DNA of 63,937 nt, filler included, from Lama guanicoe (GCA_013239625.1; 152 parts of 152 records of this genome joined end to end with filler, not necessarily neighbours in it), one strand, 5' to 3'; positions 25,142 through 39,143 are shown, counted from the first letter of the whole stretch. Numbers and translations: made by a program. The notes: a model not told the origin generated them from the letters alone.

Positions 25142-27489
25142 NNNNNNNNNNNNNNNNNNNNNNNNNNNNNNNNNNNNNNNNNNNNTTAATTAATTAANNN
25201 NNNNNNNNNNNNNNNNNNNNNNNNNNNNNNNNNNNNNNNNNGTCTGCTCCGTCACCCATCAAATGCCCACAGGCCATCGGCGTGCAGCGCTGAACCACCC
25301 TGGCCCGCTGGCTCAGATGTGGCCCAGGCACTGGGGTGGGGCTCCCTGGTGGGAACTGGAACTTTCCCAGCCTGTTGGCAGTGCCCAGAAGCCTTGGACA
25401 GACACACCAGGCCGGATCAGCATCTGGTGTTTGTCGCCATGGTGACCAGAGCCTGGTCTGCCCTGCCCCCCGCGGGGTGAGCAGTGAGGGGTAAGGGAGG
25501 CAGCTTGGGACAGGGGTGCACTCAGAGTGAGCTGTGATCCCACAGTGAAAGGGGACACACTGNNNNNNNNNNNNNNNNNNNNNNNNNNNNNNNNNNNNNN
25601 NNNNNNTTAATTAATTAANNNNNNNNNNNNNNNNNNNNNNNNNNNNNNNNNNNNNNNNNNNNACTGTCTGAAAAAAATCCAATTCTTCATTTTTTTTTTC
25701 TCTGCCTAGAGTTTAAACTGAGGCTCCCTCTGATTCTGAAAACTGCATGTGAAGTAAATAAGATGTAGTGGTTAAAAGAAAGTCAGCAGAAACTTTTTAA
25801 ATGTATAATATACCTTCACAAAAATTGACTCTGTTGGTGTGCATTTCCGTGAGTTTTGGCAAAAACATACAAGCATGTAGCCACTATCACAATCAAGATA
25901 CAAAGTGGTTCCACCACTTCCGACTCCCACGCCTCTTTGTGAACATTTTTTCCCTCAGTCTCCACCCTTTGGCAACCACTGACNNNNNNNNNNNNNNNNN
26001 NNNNNNNNNNNNNNNNNNNNNNNNNNNTTAATTAATTAANNNNNNNNNNNNNNNNNNNNNNNNNNNNNNNNNNNNNNNNNNNNCAGCAGTGATGATGACC
26101 TAGCTGGGCTTAATCTCAGGAATGAAAAGCTGCTTCAGCATTAGAGAAACCTTTTCATGTTACCTGAAATTTGTAACAGATGAAAGAAGAAAAATCACAT
26201 GAAAATTTCTAGAGAAGCAATGAAAAAGCAATGTGGAAATGCAACAATCATTCAGGACTTTGTAAAAATTTGAAGAAGAGAAACTCATAAGGAAAACTAC
26301 ATGAACACCGACAGAACTGACAGCCCTTCTCATTCAATGAAAGCTTTACTTTTAACATGAGCAATACCCACTCACCACTGCTCTTAAGACAGGGAAAAAA
26401 AAAANNNNNNNNNNNNNNNNNNNNNNNNNNNNNNNNNNNNNNNNNNNNTTAATTAATTAANNNNNNNNNNNNNNNNNNNNNNNNNNNNNNNNNNNNNNNN
26501 NNNNGAAGTCATTCTCTGAAACTCACTTCAGACATTTGCTGGTTCCAAGAACTTTCGCGTCTATCGCAGTGTGTGTCAGGCATTCTCTAGTTACCTGACT
26601 GCTCAACTACTACTCCTGACACTCTAAACACTGCTCCAGAGAGAGCCATTTAGCTGCTGAATCAACTACATTTTTAAGGAGCCACGCTGAGGACAAAGAT
26701 ACCATACTGTCTGCAACATGCATAACCTATCCAGTTACAACAATGACTAATCTCATAAAGCTTGCAGACGTTCCAATGGGAATATGATTATTTGCATGTA
26801 AAGAAAAAGTTTTTCTTAAACCAACNNNNNNNNNNNNNNNNNNNNNNNNNNNNNNNNNNNNNNNNNNNNTTAATTAATTAANNNNNNNNNNNNNNNNNNN
26901 NNNNNNNNNNNNNNNNNNNNNNNNNTTTAGTTTTCGTGAAAGCCCTGTTTCTTTTGTAAGAAAGCAGGACGTCCATCCATTGCAGCCACTCAGGATTCCA
27001 GGCAAATCGGGTAGCTGGATAACAGACCACAGAAAACAATATTTCATTGGCAACTAAATACCACTGGCCTGGGCCTGACCTGCAGCTCAGTGGCCAGAAT
27101 TAGTCATGAGATCCCCACCAAAGAGGCCAGGAAGCAGAGTCCCAAAATGTACCCAGGAGTCTGAGAATCAGAAATATTTGACCAATAACTCTGAAGATTA
27201 TCTCAGGCAATAATTAAATGTACATTGTGTTATTGGTAACAGAATCNNNNNNNNNNNNNNNNNNNNNNNNNNNNNNNNNNNNNNNNNNNNTTAATTAATT
27301 AANNNNNNNNNNNNNNNNNNNNNNNNNNNNNNNNNNNNNNNNNNNNCAGTCAGAGTGAACTTCGTAACAGTCATTCTTTTTTGGTTTAATTTTTTTAATA
27401 GGTAATATCCATGTATGGTAAACAGAGTATGCAGAAGTATTCAGTGAAAAGGTGTGTCTGTTTTCCTTTAACCATTACTTCTGAGATTC

Positions 27490-27666
27490 TTTTTTTTTTA
27501 AATTGGAGTATAGTCGATTTACAATGTTATGTTAATTTCTGGTATACAGAATAGGGATTCAGTTACACGTATATAATCCCTTTCATATTCTTTTTCATTA
27601 TAGACCGTTAGAAGATATTAATATAGTTCCCTGTGCTATACAGTAGGACCTTGTTGTTTATCTGTT
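27490..27666 (-). mobile_element. LINE-1 3' end with poly(A)
   Basis: T-run followed by AATTGGAGTATAGTCGATTTACAATGTT..ATAGTTCCCTGTGCTATACAGTAGG. Confidence 0.9.
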
Positions 27667-27766
27667 NNNNNNNNNNNNNNNNNNNNNNNNNNNNNNNNNN
27701 NNNNNNNNNNTTAATTAATTAANNNNNNNNNNNNNNNNNNNNNNNNNNNNNNNNNNNNNNNNNNNN

Positions 27767-27936
27767 CCCTCCATATTCAAGGTTCCTCCTTGTACTTACT
27801 TCCTCAGTATCTGCAGTTCCATATCCATGAATTCAACCAACCTGGATCATGTATTAGTGTATATTTACTACTGAAAAAAAATCCAAGTTTAAATGGACCC
27901 ACATAGTTCAAACCTGTGTTGTTCAAGGATCAACTG
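27767..27936. mobile_element. Tigger2/MER8-like TcMar DNA transposon end
   Basis: Ends GGACCCACATAGTTCAAACCTGTGTTGTTCAAGGATCAACTG, resembling the reverse of TIR CAGTTGACCCTTGAACAAC. Confidence 0.75.
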
Positions 27937-28219
27937 TGGATAAAAGCTACCAGTTCAAAATTTTTTTAAAAAAAATTAAAAGGAAAGACAAGGATAAAAA
28001 GAATACTCTTTAAGAAAAGAGAAAGGAAACCCAGTGGTAAGCTAGTAAATTTTTAACTGGCCATCAGAAAAAAGGGGGAAAAAAAAANNNNNNNNNNNNN
28101 NNNNNNNNNNNNNNNNNNNNNNNNNNNNNNNTTAATTAATTAANNNNNNNNNNNNNNNNNNNNNNNNNNNNNNNNNNNNNNNNNNNNACTACTGAGAAGT
28201 TGTTCCCTTTTGGCGTCTG

Positions 28220-28455
28220 AGTGCATGTTTCTCTTCCTCCTCAAAGGTCACCTCCTCCGTGAAGCCTTCCCTGACTCCCCTAGGCACTGAATTGCCTTTG
28301 TTATCACACCGTGATGGATCTGCTTACATGTCTATTTTGCATGTCCAGGAAATACCCAGGGCAGGTACAGAATCTTCTCTTTAGGCGCCCATAGCACCTA
28401 GGTTGGTGTCTGATCATATATACTCAAAAGATATTTGTGCAGAAAATGAATGAAG
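28220..28455 (+). mobile_element. L2 fragment
   Basis: GTCACCTCCTCCGTGAAGCCTTCCCTGAC..AGCACCTAG..ATATTTGTGCAGAAAATGAATGAA. Confidence 0.65.
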
Positions 28456-30713
28456 ACAGGAGAAAACCAAGCCAGGGAAGGGGAACTGGCCCTCCATCCT
28501 GGAATAGGNNNNNNNNNNNNNNNNNNNNNNNNNNNNNNNNNNNNNNNNNNNNTTAATTAATTAANNNNNNNNNNNNNNNNNNNNNNNNNNNNNNNNNNNN
28601 NNNNNNNNCTTGACATTGTTTATGTCATCCAAATAGTGGGAAAGCTTGGCAATGAGGGATGAAGGTTTTTATTCAGTTTTTCTCACTTAGTCACCGACTA
28701 AAAGGATGCAATCTAACCAGAATTTGCCTCAGATTCTCATTCTACAGACTTAACGACTACAAAAATATTTACAAATCATAGAAAAGATATTTAAAGGCAG
28801 TGAGAAAGAGAATGAACTTTTGCTGGAATCAAGATACTAAAATTCTAGTTCCACTTTTCTCGTGCGCCTTCTGGCGACAGGACACACTGGGAAGAGCCTG
28901 GTTTGTGGTGCTGGCTTGAGTCTCTTCATNNNNNNNNNNNNNNNNNNNNNNNNNNNNNNNNNNNNNNNNNNNNTTAATTAATTAANNNNNNNNNNNNNNN
29001 NNNNNNNNNNNNNNNNNNNNNNNNNNNNNCTCTCATTTTTTAAAACTCAGTTCATCTGCATAAAGTCCCACACAGGCCATCTTAGAATTAATGCTACAAA
29101 TACTCAAATCTAGAGCAATATATACAAGTTTTAAATTGTGGAGCATGATCATCACATACTTTAAGCAAAGATTATTAGTTTATGTTATCTGACAAATTCA
29201 GCAACACAACTGAAAGTAAAATCTGAAAATGCTATTTCATAATATGGTAATTGGGATTCTAGTCTCCAATTTCCAGTTATCACAAGTTGATTCTTAAATT
29301 TGGGAAATAGAAAATGATAAACACAATTATTTATTCACATTACATATACANNNNNNNNNNNNNNNNNNNNNNNNNNNNNNNNNNNNNNNNNNNNTTAATT
29401 AATTAANNNNNNNNNNNNNNNNNNNNNNNNNNNNNNNNNNNNNNNNNNNNATAATTATCAGGATGTAGCAGAATAGCCTGTACAGAATTAAATAGTAAAT
29501 GAGACGGTAAGTACTTAAAAGGCATGAAAGAAAAAGATGGACAAACCATAAAATGGCCAGAGTATTTCTATTGAAACTGAATTTGTTGCTTTAAATGAAA
29601 GAAAGAGAGACAGGGAGAGAGGAAAACATTAGATCCCCTAGTCTATTGTCTAATGCTAAATACTTAGCTATTACTTCATGCCCATCTGAAATATAGACAG
29701 TAGAACAGAGGTTTAAATAAACTATAGTAAATCAAAACTACAGTGAGATATCACCTCCCACCAGACAGAATNNNNNNNNNNNNNNNNNNNNNNNNNNNNN
29801 NNNNNNNNNNNNNNNTTAATTAATTAANNNNNNNNNNNNNNNNNNNNNNNNNNNNNNNNNNNNNNNNNNNNCTGCCCCACTCCAGCCAGTTATAACCAGG
29901 TGGCAGTTGCCACTCAGGGAATGCCACATCTCATTTCCTGAGAGGGGCACATTTTCAGGCCAAGTCTCCCAAGGTTGAAATGCTGGCACCAAAATTGCAC
30001 AACTCTGTTCAGGCCAAGTGGGGTGATGGGTGCACCAGACCTGCCTGCTGGCTGATGGTTTGCAGTCTCTGAATTGTCTTTAGTCCCACGTGCCAGGCTC
30101 TGTGCTAAGGAAGAATTTCCAGATTCCAGTAGAACGTCTGCTCCATGAAGGCAGAGACATTTGAGTCTCTTCTGTTCATTGTTTTATCTCCANNNNNNNN
30201 NNNNNNNNNNNNNNNNNNNNNNNNNNNNNNNNNNNNTTAATTAATTAANNNNNNNNNNNNNNNNNNNNNNNNNNNNNNNNNNNNNNNNNNNNGAGGGAGG
30301 GAACCCCACCCCACCCACACTGCCGCCTGCCCCAGAGAGCTGGCTGCTCTGGTCACTGGGTTCCTGGGGAAGCGCAGGCTGACGGAGGAGCAGGAACGCT
30401 GGGAACACTGACCTCAGAGTGAAGGAGACCAGCGCCAGCACAGCTGGGTGTCCTGGGTAAATGTCTCGCCTACTCTGAGTCCCGTTTCCTGATCTGTGAA
30501 GTGGGGCCACTGCACGCACCGTCCAGAACTGCTGTGAGGGTGAGGTTCCCTTCGATGGTCGCACAGCACATCTCTAAGGTGTTTCGGGTGAGGGTACAGC
30601 CGCTCTGTGGAAGNNNNNNNNNNNNNNNNNNNNNNNNNNNNNNNNNNNNNNNNNNNNTTAATTAATTAANNNNNNNNNNNNNNNNNNNNNNNNNNNNNNN
30701 NNNNNNNNNNNNN

Positions 30714-31034
30714 GATTGGTGCCCTCAGATGATGGAGTATTTTCACTGTGGGTGTGCATCAGAACAGTATGATTGGTGCCAGCAGATGATGGAGTATTTT
30801 CACTGTGGACGTGCATCACAGTATGATTGCTGCCCTCAGATGATGGAGTATTTTCACTGTGGGCGTACATCCGCACAGTATGATTGGTGCGCTCAGATAA
30901 TGGCGTATTTTCACTGTGGGCATGCATCACACAGTATGATTGGTGCCCTCAGATGATGGAGTATATTCACTGTGGGCGTACATCCACACAGTATGATTGG
31001 TGCCCTCAGATGATGGCGTATTTTCACTGTGGGC
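30714..31034 (+). repeat. Minisatellite, 54-57 bp unit, about 5.7 copies
   Basis: Units start at 30714, 30771, 30825, 30882, 30938, 30995; consensus GATTGGTGCCCTCAGATGATGGAGTATTTTCACTGTGGGCGTRCATC..ACAGTAT. Confidence 0.95.
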
Positions 31035-31976
31035 NNNNNNNNNNNNNNNNNNNNNNNNNNNNNNNNNNNNNNNNNNNNTTAATTAATTAANNNNNNNNNN
31101 NNNNNNNNNNNNNNNNNNNNNNNNNNNNNNNNNNACACCCACAAGATAGCAGTGGGAGACCTTACTGTCTCCAACCCTAACTACAGTACCTGCTGTATTT
31201 TTTCATGAATGAATGAACAAAGAAATGAAGGTAGTAATAAATAGTTCAGAAAACTTAACAAGAGCCACCAGCTTCATCAATCAACCTCTCTTTCAAGTAA
31301 CAGAAAAAAAGAATGCATTAAGGCAGCTCTTTTTAAAAAGTGTGCTTGGTGAAAAGTTAAGTATTACATTAAAAAATAATTCTTTAATCAAGATTATTAG
31401 GAAAATGCTAGATCACAGAGTGTAAACCAGTTTCTTCCCTCCAAGTTTTTTTTTTNNNNNNNNNNNNNNNNNNNNNNNNNNNNNNNNNNNNNNNNNNNNT
31501 TAATTAATTAANNNNNNNNNNNNNNNNNNNNNNNNNNNNNNNNNNNNNNNNNNNNTCTCAAAAGTAACTTTCTCAACTTTGCACAGAAGTGTCATTGTGG
31601 ATTCTGTTTTTTCTCAGTACTGTAGAAAATCTGAAACAAAAAGTTCTGCGCTTGTCTTTATTTAAAATAACTTGTAATGTATCTGCATTCTCTCAGATTA
31701 TGGGTCCAAGTGTGTCCATCTATGTCTTTCTACTATGGTCTGTCTTTGTCTACATGGTGCACATGGATGCTTCAGCCTCACCCCATGTTCTAGTGTATTC
31801 TCAGTGCTGTCCTGCCTGTGAACAGTTGTAAGCTGTTCTTCTGAGGGGGAGCAAAGTCTGTAATAACCTACATTGCNNNNNNNNNNNNNNNNNNNNNNNN
31901 NNNNNNNNNNNNNNNNNNNNTTAATTAATTAANNNNNNNNNNNNNNNNNNNNNNNNNNNNNNNNNNNNNNNNNNNN

Positions 31977-32297
31977 AGCAACATGGATGGACCTAGAGAT
32001 TGTCATACTAAATGAAGTAAGTCAGGTAGAGAAGGACAACTATCATATGATAACATTTATATGTGGAATCTAAAAAAAGGTACAAATGCATTTGTTTACA
32101 AAACAGAAAGGGGTTCATAGACAGAGAAAACAAACTTATGGTTACCAAAGGGGAAAGGGGAAGAGGGATAAATTAGGAGTCTGGGATTAGCAGATATAAA
32201 CTACTATGTACAAAATAGATAAACAACAAGGTCTTACTGTGTAGCACAGGGAACTACATTCAGTATCTTCTAATAACCTATAATGAAAAAGAATATA
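31977..32297 (+). mobile_element. LINE-1 3' UTR
   Basis: GCAACATGGATGGACCTAGAGATT..AAACAAACTTATGGTTACCAAAGGGG..TAGCACAGGGAACTACATTCAG. Confidence 0.92.
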
Positions 32298-34559
32298 NNN
32301 NNNNNNNNNNNNNNNNNNNNNNNNNNNNNNNNNNNNNNNNNTTAATTAATTAANNNNNNNNNNNNNNNNNNNNNNNNNNNNNNNNNNNNNNNNNNNNCTC
32401 TGGGGGCACCTCGCTCATATGTTATTCATCAGCATGTATTTCCTTTTGCTGGAGCCGTGACCTGGTTTTACAGCTTATCCCGCTGTGATATAAACGACAG
32501 GGACGAAAATCCACCGACATCATGGAAGAATGCACGTGGAGTACCCATGGCATGGTCTGGTAAGATCTCAAAGCTTTAGAACTTAAACTTCTTACGCCAT
32601 GAACCACATTTGGGGTTTACCCTCCTCTTTGGAACACTGTCCCTCCGGCCGTAGGTAGCAGTCACGGATGCTGGGGACAGGGTTAACCAGCTGGCAGCAT
32701 CTAGGGTTTAACTCAGCANNNNNNNNNNNNNNNNNNNNNNNNNNNNNNNNNNNNNNNNNNNNTTAATTAATTAANNNNNNNNNNNNNNNNNNNNNNNNNN
32801 NNNNNNNNNNNNNNNNNNTTATTGCCAACAGTAATTAAGGAAAACAGGGAGCAATCAAAAGGCCTCCAGCAACCAAAAGAGGATCTCAGGCTCCAATCTC
32901 AGGTCTGAGTATTTGGATGTTGATAAATACTGGCTCCACCTTGCAACAGCTTCGAGTCTGAAAGACAGATGTCTCTGCCCTTTCCTCTCTAGAGGTGGCT
33001 ATTCAGGTAACATGAGAGAACGTATCAAGCACAGTATCTGACATGCAGTGTTCACAAATGGATTGCTTTCTTCATTCAACACAAAAGACACACTCCCATG
33101 AAGGATGTCGAAGGGAGCCTCCAAGGCCACAAGTCACCCNNNNNNNNNNNNNNNNNNNNNNNNNNNNNNNNNNNNNNNNNNNNTTAATTAATTAANNNNN
33201 NNNNNNNNNNNNNNNNNNNNNNNNNNNNNNNNNNNNNNNCTGCAGTATGTAGAATATTTTCAGAGTTGATTCACTCAGAAAGGTTTTTGTTTGTTTGTTT
33301 CCTTTGCTGTGTTTTTTGCTTCTTTCTTTTTCTTTATTTAAGACCGCTTCCTCAGGCTAGATTCCCAAGAGAATGATTGTGTTTTCAAAGACAGGGAGGT
33401 TCAACTCCTGTTCAAGGCAACACAAATCTCACTCCATCTTGCAAGTAGCTCCTGAACTTACCTTCCTACCCACAGAATGGACCATTGACCCCTTGGTGTC
33501 ATTTCTGGACCCTGTACACATTCCTGTCACAGCACCTCTAGCATTTTATCAAATTGAATCNNNNNNNNNNNNNNNNNNNNNNNNNNNNNNNNNNNNNNNN
33601 NNNNTTAATTAATTAANNNNNNNNNNNNNNNNNNNNNNNNNNNNNNNNNNNNNNNNNNNNCAGGAGCTGGTCCCAGTCACTTTCTAGACCTACACCAGCA
33701 TGCATGCCTGCAGCTAGCGCCTGCTGCTGCACAAGTGCACACCAACGTCTTGGGTCTCCACAGCTGCTCATGCACCTACAGTTAGCCTTAACTCCGTAGC
33801 TGGTCCTGACACTCACTACTGCACATGCTCATGCAACTGGTCCTTGCTGCCATGTGGGCACTCACAGCCAGACCGCACAGTCAAGTGTATACATACCACC
33901 AGTTCCAGCCATCACTGCCACCTGCCCTGTTTCCTGGCCACTGAGACTGGAGGTGACACCAAGGGCTTCAGAAGCCCTCACNNNNNNNNNNNNNNNNNNN
34001 NNNNNNNNNNNNNNNNNNNNNNNNNTTAATTAATTAANNNNNNNNNNNNNNNNNNNNNNNNNNNNNNNNNNNNNNNNNNNNCCTCCTCCTCACCAAGCCA
34101 TATGACTTCAAGGGGCAGAGGATGCAAGTCATTGGATGAAGGAAGATTATGAGAGAGAAATGCCTCTGCTCTCTGCTGCATGGTGGCTCAGGAACAGGTT
34201 GTGAATGGCAGAGTTGAAGTCCACAGCATTAAACCAATTTAAACCTAAATGTGGTGATCAAAGAAGCCCAACCAGTGACTTGGATGCAATCAGCAATGGA
34301 TTGACTTTTGGTCTTGCCAGCCTTTTGACCTTTGGGAAATTCTCTCACAATGAGGGACATCAGACACTTAATTTGTCATAGGACATCCAGCATATGCATT
34401 CANNNNNNNNNNNNNNNNNNNNNNNNNNNNNNNNNNNNNNNNNNNNTTAATTAATTAANNNNNNNNNNNNNNNNNNNNNNNNNNNNNNNNNNNNNNNNNN
34501 NNCTGAAACCGACTGAAGCATCACAGTCACCTGTGAAACTCAAAAAACATTATAAAACA

Positions 34560-34700
34560 TTGTTATTTTCCGTATTTTGATGATAGAAACTGAGGCACAG
34601 AGAAGTTAAGTGACTTGCTCAAGTTCACAGAGGTCGTAACTTCTAAAGCCAGGAATTGAGCACAGACATTTCAAGTCTTCAGCCCATGGACTTGTCCATA
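34560..34700 (-). mobile_element. MIR fragment
   Basis: GAAACTGAGGCACAGAGAAGTTAAGTGACTTGCTCAAG core. Confidence 0.8.
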
Positions 34701-36612
34701 ACCTATGAACACCTAGTAAGGAACAATGGGATTAATATGCTATATGTCTTTTTCCTTGAAGGGAGAAATAAGACCCAGGATGGGTATGAAAGGAGTTAGT
34801 GTAAAAGCTCCTTGGGCACCGTCTNNNNNNNNNNNNNNNNNNNNNNNNNNNNNNNNNNNNNNNNNNNNTTAATTAATTAANNNNNNNNNNNNNNNNNNNN
34901 NNNNNNNNNNNNNNNNNNNNNNNNCCCCCCCCACCCCGAGTCCCCAGGTCTCACAGGCCCTTTGTGGGACCCTCCTGTCCCGGCACCCGCATCTCTTCCT
35001 CCCCTTGGCTTTCTCTCTGGCTAAGCGTGTGGGTGGGGGCCAGGTGGGTGACCCCCACCCGGGGCTTTTAATGAGAAGTTTTGTCATGCCCAGGCAGCAA
35101 AGATGAATAATTCAGTGAAGGAAGCTCAGGCAATGTTATTCTTTCAGCAAAGAGTCCCTTGACAGTGGGAGAGGCAGAGAAGGACTGCATCTTATTATGG
35201 GAGGGATGGGGGGATGGGGTGACAGGGCTATGGGAGAGGAGGAGGANNNNNNNNNNNNNNNNNNNNNNNNNNNNNNNNNNNNNNNNNNNNTTAATTAATT
35301 AANNNNNNNNNNNNNNNNNNNNNNNNNNNNNNNNNNNNNNNNNNNNAGCCTTTTCAAAAAAATTTGGTTGGGACAATTACATACCAACAAGTGAAAAATC
35401 ACATATGTATATACATTTTAAATGAACATTCAACTAGAGTGGTTAAATAAACGTATTGACTTAATAGAACACTTAAGTAGCTATTAAATTTTAATATTAC
35501 ATCAATCACTCCTATAGTGTTTATTATGTGTCAGCCACAGCTAGAAACTTGTACGTAGAAACTTATACTCATTTAAATCTCACATCTGTTGTATGAAGTA
35601 GTAACTGTCATTAAGCGCACTTCAGAAACACTGAGGTTAGGTTAGTACCCAAGGTCGCAGGTGGACCTNNNNNNNNNNNNNNNNNNNNNNNNNNNNNNNN
35701 NNNNNNNNNNNNTTAATTAATTAANNNNNNNNNNNNNNNNNNNNNNNNNNNNNNNNNNNNNNNNNNNNATATATATATATATATAATGTTGTAAGTTCAT
35801 AGGAATTATGCCTTAGTTTCACAATAGTTATACATCTTAAATAAACCTGGAAGAAGTTAATTTTATTTAATCTATACTGAGAAGTAAATAGGTAGTGGGA
35901 GATGCCAGCCATTTAGCTATGGAAAAGACAAAAAACAAGCAAACATCATTTCACACATATAAATTCAAGGATACACTGAACCCTTTCCATTTATTATCTT
36001 GCATAACAACCTATTTAAAGGCATTGGAAGCCACGTGGTAATGAATTAAGGTGACTAATCCAAAAATATTTTGCCTCTAAATGTGCTATGNNNNNNNNNN
36101 NNNNNNNNNNNNNNNNNNNNNNNNNNNNNNNNNNTTAATTAATTAANNNNNNNNNNNNNNNNNNNNNNNNNNNNNNNNNNNNNNNNNNNNTCAGCGCGGC
36201 TGTGCCTGTGAGGATGTGCGTGCTGACAGATGGGGGTTCTGGGGCTCAAAGACTGAGGCCAGCCCCTGAGCTGGAGAAAACTCCCTAAGGAAAATGCCCT
36301 GAGAGGGTCTCTCGTTGCCTGGCCCAGCCAGCCACCCCCTGAGGCACCTGTGAACACCACAGACACCCGCTTTCTTTCAAACCACAGCAAAGTTCACTAG
36401 TGAATCTGTCTCTAGGAAGGGACTTGGGTGCGTGCCCTAAATGCCATTAAGGACTGCAATGGTTTAAAGCTGGCGAATTTCGATTCCCTCTCAGAGCACT
36501 GTTGTTTTTTTTNNNNNNNNNNNNNNNNNNNNNNNNNNNNNNNNNNNNNNNNNNNNTTAATTAATTAANNNNNNNNNNNNNNNNNNNNNNNNNNNNNNNN
36601 NNNNNNNNNNNN

Positions 36613-36934
36613 TTGTCTTTAAATTTTTATTACAGTGTAACTTACATGCATACATACATATAGGCGTATATATCTTAAGTGTGCAGCTAATTTTCAGCAT
36701 CCAAGAAATCCCATAATGACCACTCCTGGTCACTGCAGCACCTCCCCGAAGTTAACCATTACCCTGGCTTCGCACAGCATGAATTAGCCTTGTGTGTTCT
36801 GAGCTTCACATACATGAAACCCTTCAGGATGCATCCTTTATATCTGGCCTTTTTCATTCAATATCATGTTTCTGAGATTCACTGATGCTGCTTTGCTGTG
36901 TAGCACATACCATTTGTTCTCATTGTTGAATAGA
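36613..36934 (-). mobile_element. Old LINE-1 3' fragment
   Basis: TCTGGCCTTTTTCATTCAATATCATGTTTCTGAGATTCA typical of reverse-oriented L1M 3' ends. Confidence 0.7.
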
Positions 36935-37034
36935 NNNNNNNNNNNNNNNNNNNNNNNNNNNNNNNNNNNNNNNNNNNNTTAATTAATTAANNNNNNNNNN
37001 NNNNNNNNNNNNNNNNNNNNNNNNNNNNNNNNNN

Positions 37035-37355
37035 ACCACAATTTCTTTATCCAGTCACCTGTCAATGGACATTTAGGTCATTTCAATGCCTTGACTATTT
37101 TAAATTCTGCTGCTGTGAACATTGGGGTGCATGTAACTTTTCAAAATAGAATCCCCTTCAGAAATATGCCCAGCAGTGGGATTGCTGGATCATATGTTTA
37201 AGCCTATTTTTAGTTTTTGGAGGAATATCCATAGTTTTCTATAATGGTTACACCAAATTGCATTCCCACCAACAGTGTAGGAGCATTCCCTATTTCTCCA
37301 TACCTCTTTGGCATTTATCATTTGTGGATTTTTAATGATGACCATTGTGACAGGT
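37035..37355 (-). mobile_element. LINE-1 ORF2 C-terminal fragment
   Basis: GAACATTGGGGTGCATG..ATGCCCAGCAGTGGGATTGCTGGATCATATG..CATTCCCACCAACAGTGTAGGAG. Confidence 0.92.
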
Positions 37356-38856
37356 NNNNNNNNNNNNNNNNNNNNNNNNNNNNNNNNNNNNNNNNNNNNT
37401 TAATTAATTAANNNNNNNNNNNNNNNNNNNNNNNNNNNNNNNNNNNNNNNNNNNNAAAATAATCAATTTTGTTTTTTATTTTATTTTAACCACTTCTGCT
37501 GAATATAGCAAAGAACTCAGTTTGAGACACTCCTGCTCACTGCTGCGATTCAGGCAGGCTCAGGCATGTTTAGCAAACTGATAAGATAGATCTGTCAGAA
37601 GCCTATTGACAGGGCCCAGGACCCCCTGAGAAAGCCTTAGAGCTGTATCACTTCCTGGGGTTCAGACATATCTGAGCAGGTCTGGCAAACTGATGGGTCT
37701 GTAAGTAGGAACCTGAAAGCTCTTTGCAAAAAAAAAAAAAAAACCTACATAAGAAGGGCCTGGCACAAGGAGTTTAANNNNNNNNNNNNNNNNNNNNNNN
37801 NNNNNNNNNNNNNNNNNNNNNTTAATTAATTAANNNNNNNNNNNNNNNNNNNNNNNNNNNNNNNNNNNNNNNNNNNNCATTGTATAAATATACCACAGCT
37901 TCTTTATAAATGATTATTCTTTAAAAAGAGTAAAAAGAAAAGATCCTTCTAGCCCCGGTATTAAGGATAGACTGAAAGTGACAGAGACAAGAGCAGGCAG
38001 ACCAAGCAGGAGGCTGTTGTGATAATTATAGCAAAAGATGATGGTGGCCTGGACCATAGTGGTGACAGTGGAGGGAGCTGGAAGGGATGGGCTTTGGAGA
38101 GGACAATGATGACAAGAAGACTAACATTTAACGAGTGCTTACCACATGTGCAGCATCTTCTACACACTTTATGCCTTGTAGGGTAGTTGAATCTTCACAN
38201 NNNNNNNNNNNNNNNNNNNNNNNNNNNNNNNNNNNNNNNNNNNTTAATTAATTAANNNNNNNNNNNNNNNNNNNNNNNNNNNNNNNNNNNNNNNNNNNNA
38301 TTTTGTCTTTCATCAAATTTGGGAAATTTTCACCCATTATTTTCCAATGTTTTTCTACAATATTTTTTTTCTCTACACTCTTCTTGGAACTCCAATTGTA
38401 CATATTTTCAACCATTTGATATCATATACCAGGCTTGAGGTTCTGTTCACTTTTCAACATTTTTCCTTAGAGCTATTGACAGTAAATATTTTCTATTGAT
38501 TCGTCTTCATTTCCAAGATTATTGCCTACGCCCCTTACATTTGGCTGTTATTGTAGATTCTGCATTGATCAATTCTAGGATAAAAATTTGTTTCTTTTTA
38601 AAAATAATATCTATTTCTCTGNNNNNNNNNNNNNNNNNNNNNNNNNNNNNNNNNNNNNNNNNNNNTTAATTAATTAANNNNNNNNNNNNNNNNNNNNNNN
38701 NNNNNNNNNNNNNNNNNNNNNTCAGGGACTACTGGGCACCCAAGTCAGGCACTGGGTCCCATGATAAAAAGTCAAACCCTGGGTGGGATGGGAAAGTACT
38801 GGTTACACCTGACCTACATCACAGCTCTATATCTGGTTAAAAGAAAATAGAGTAAT

Positions 38857-39043
38857 GGGGGGGTCAAGATGGCAGTCGTAGGACCACGAGTTCACCTCTT
38901 CTCATGACTAAAAACAAAACCACAATGACTGCTAAACAACCATTGAGAAAAAAGACTGGAACCGAGCAAAAAAGATCTTCTTCAATGGGAAATGTAGAGA
39001 GAGACCTGCAGGGGACAGTAGGAAGGCATGCTCACAATAGAAT
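38857..39043 (+). mobile_element. LINE-1 5' end (5' UTR start)
   Basis: TT|AAAAGAAAATAGAGTAAT, a G-run, then TCAAGATGGCAG (YY1-type) and GAGTTCACC. Confidence 0.65.
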
Positions 39044-39143
39044 NNNNNNNNNNNNNNNNNNNNNNNNNNNNNNNNNNNNNNNNNNNNTTAATTAATTAAN
39101 NNNNNNNNNNNNNNNNNNNNNNNNNNNNNNNNNNNNNNNNNNN

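Noticed and set aside
30658..31090. Repetitive Cys/His-rich proteins, or a C/D snoRNA array (ATGATG motifs)
   Set aside because: Units of 56 nt break the frame, and there is no full C box (RTGATGA) paired with a D box (CTGA) on the same strand. It is a plain minisatellite.
32473..32558. Possible 86-nt exon (TTTTACAG|...TCTG|GTAAGA)
   Set aside because: Weak pyrimidine tract and an unrecognised translation; support is insufficient.
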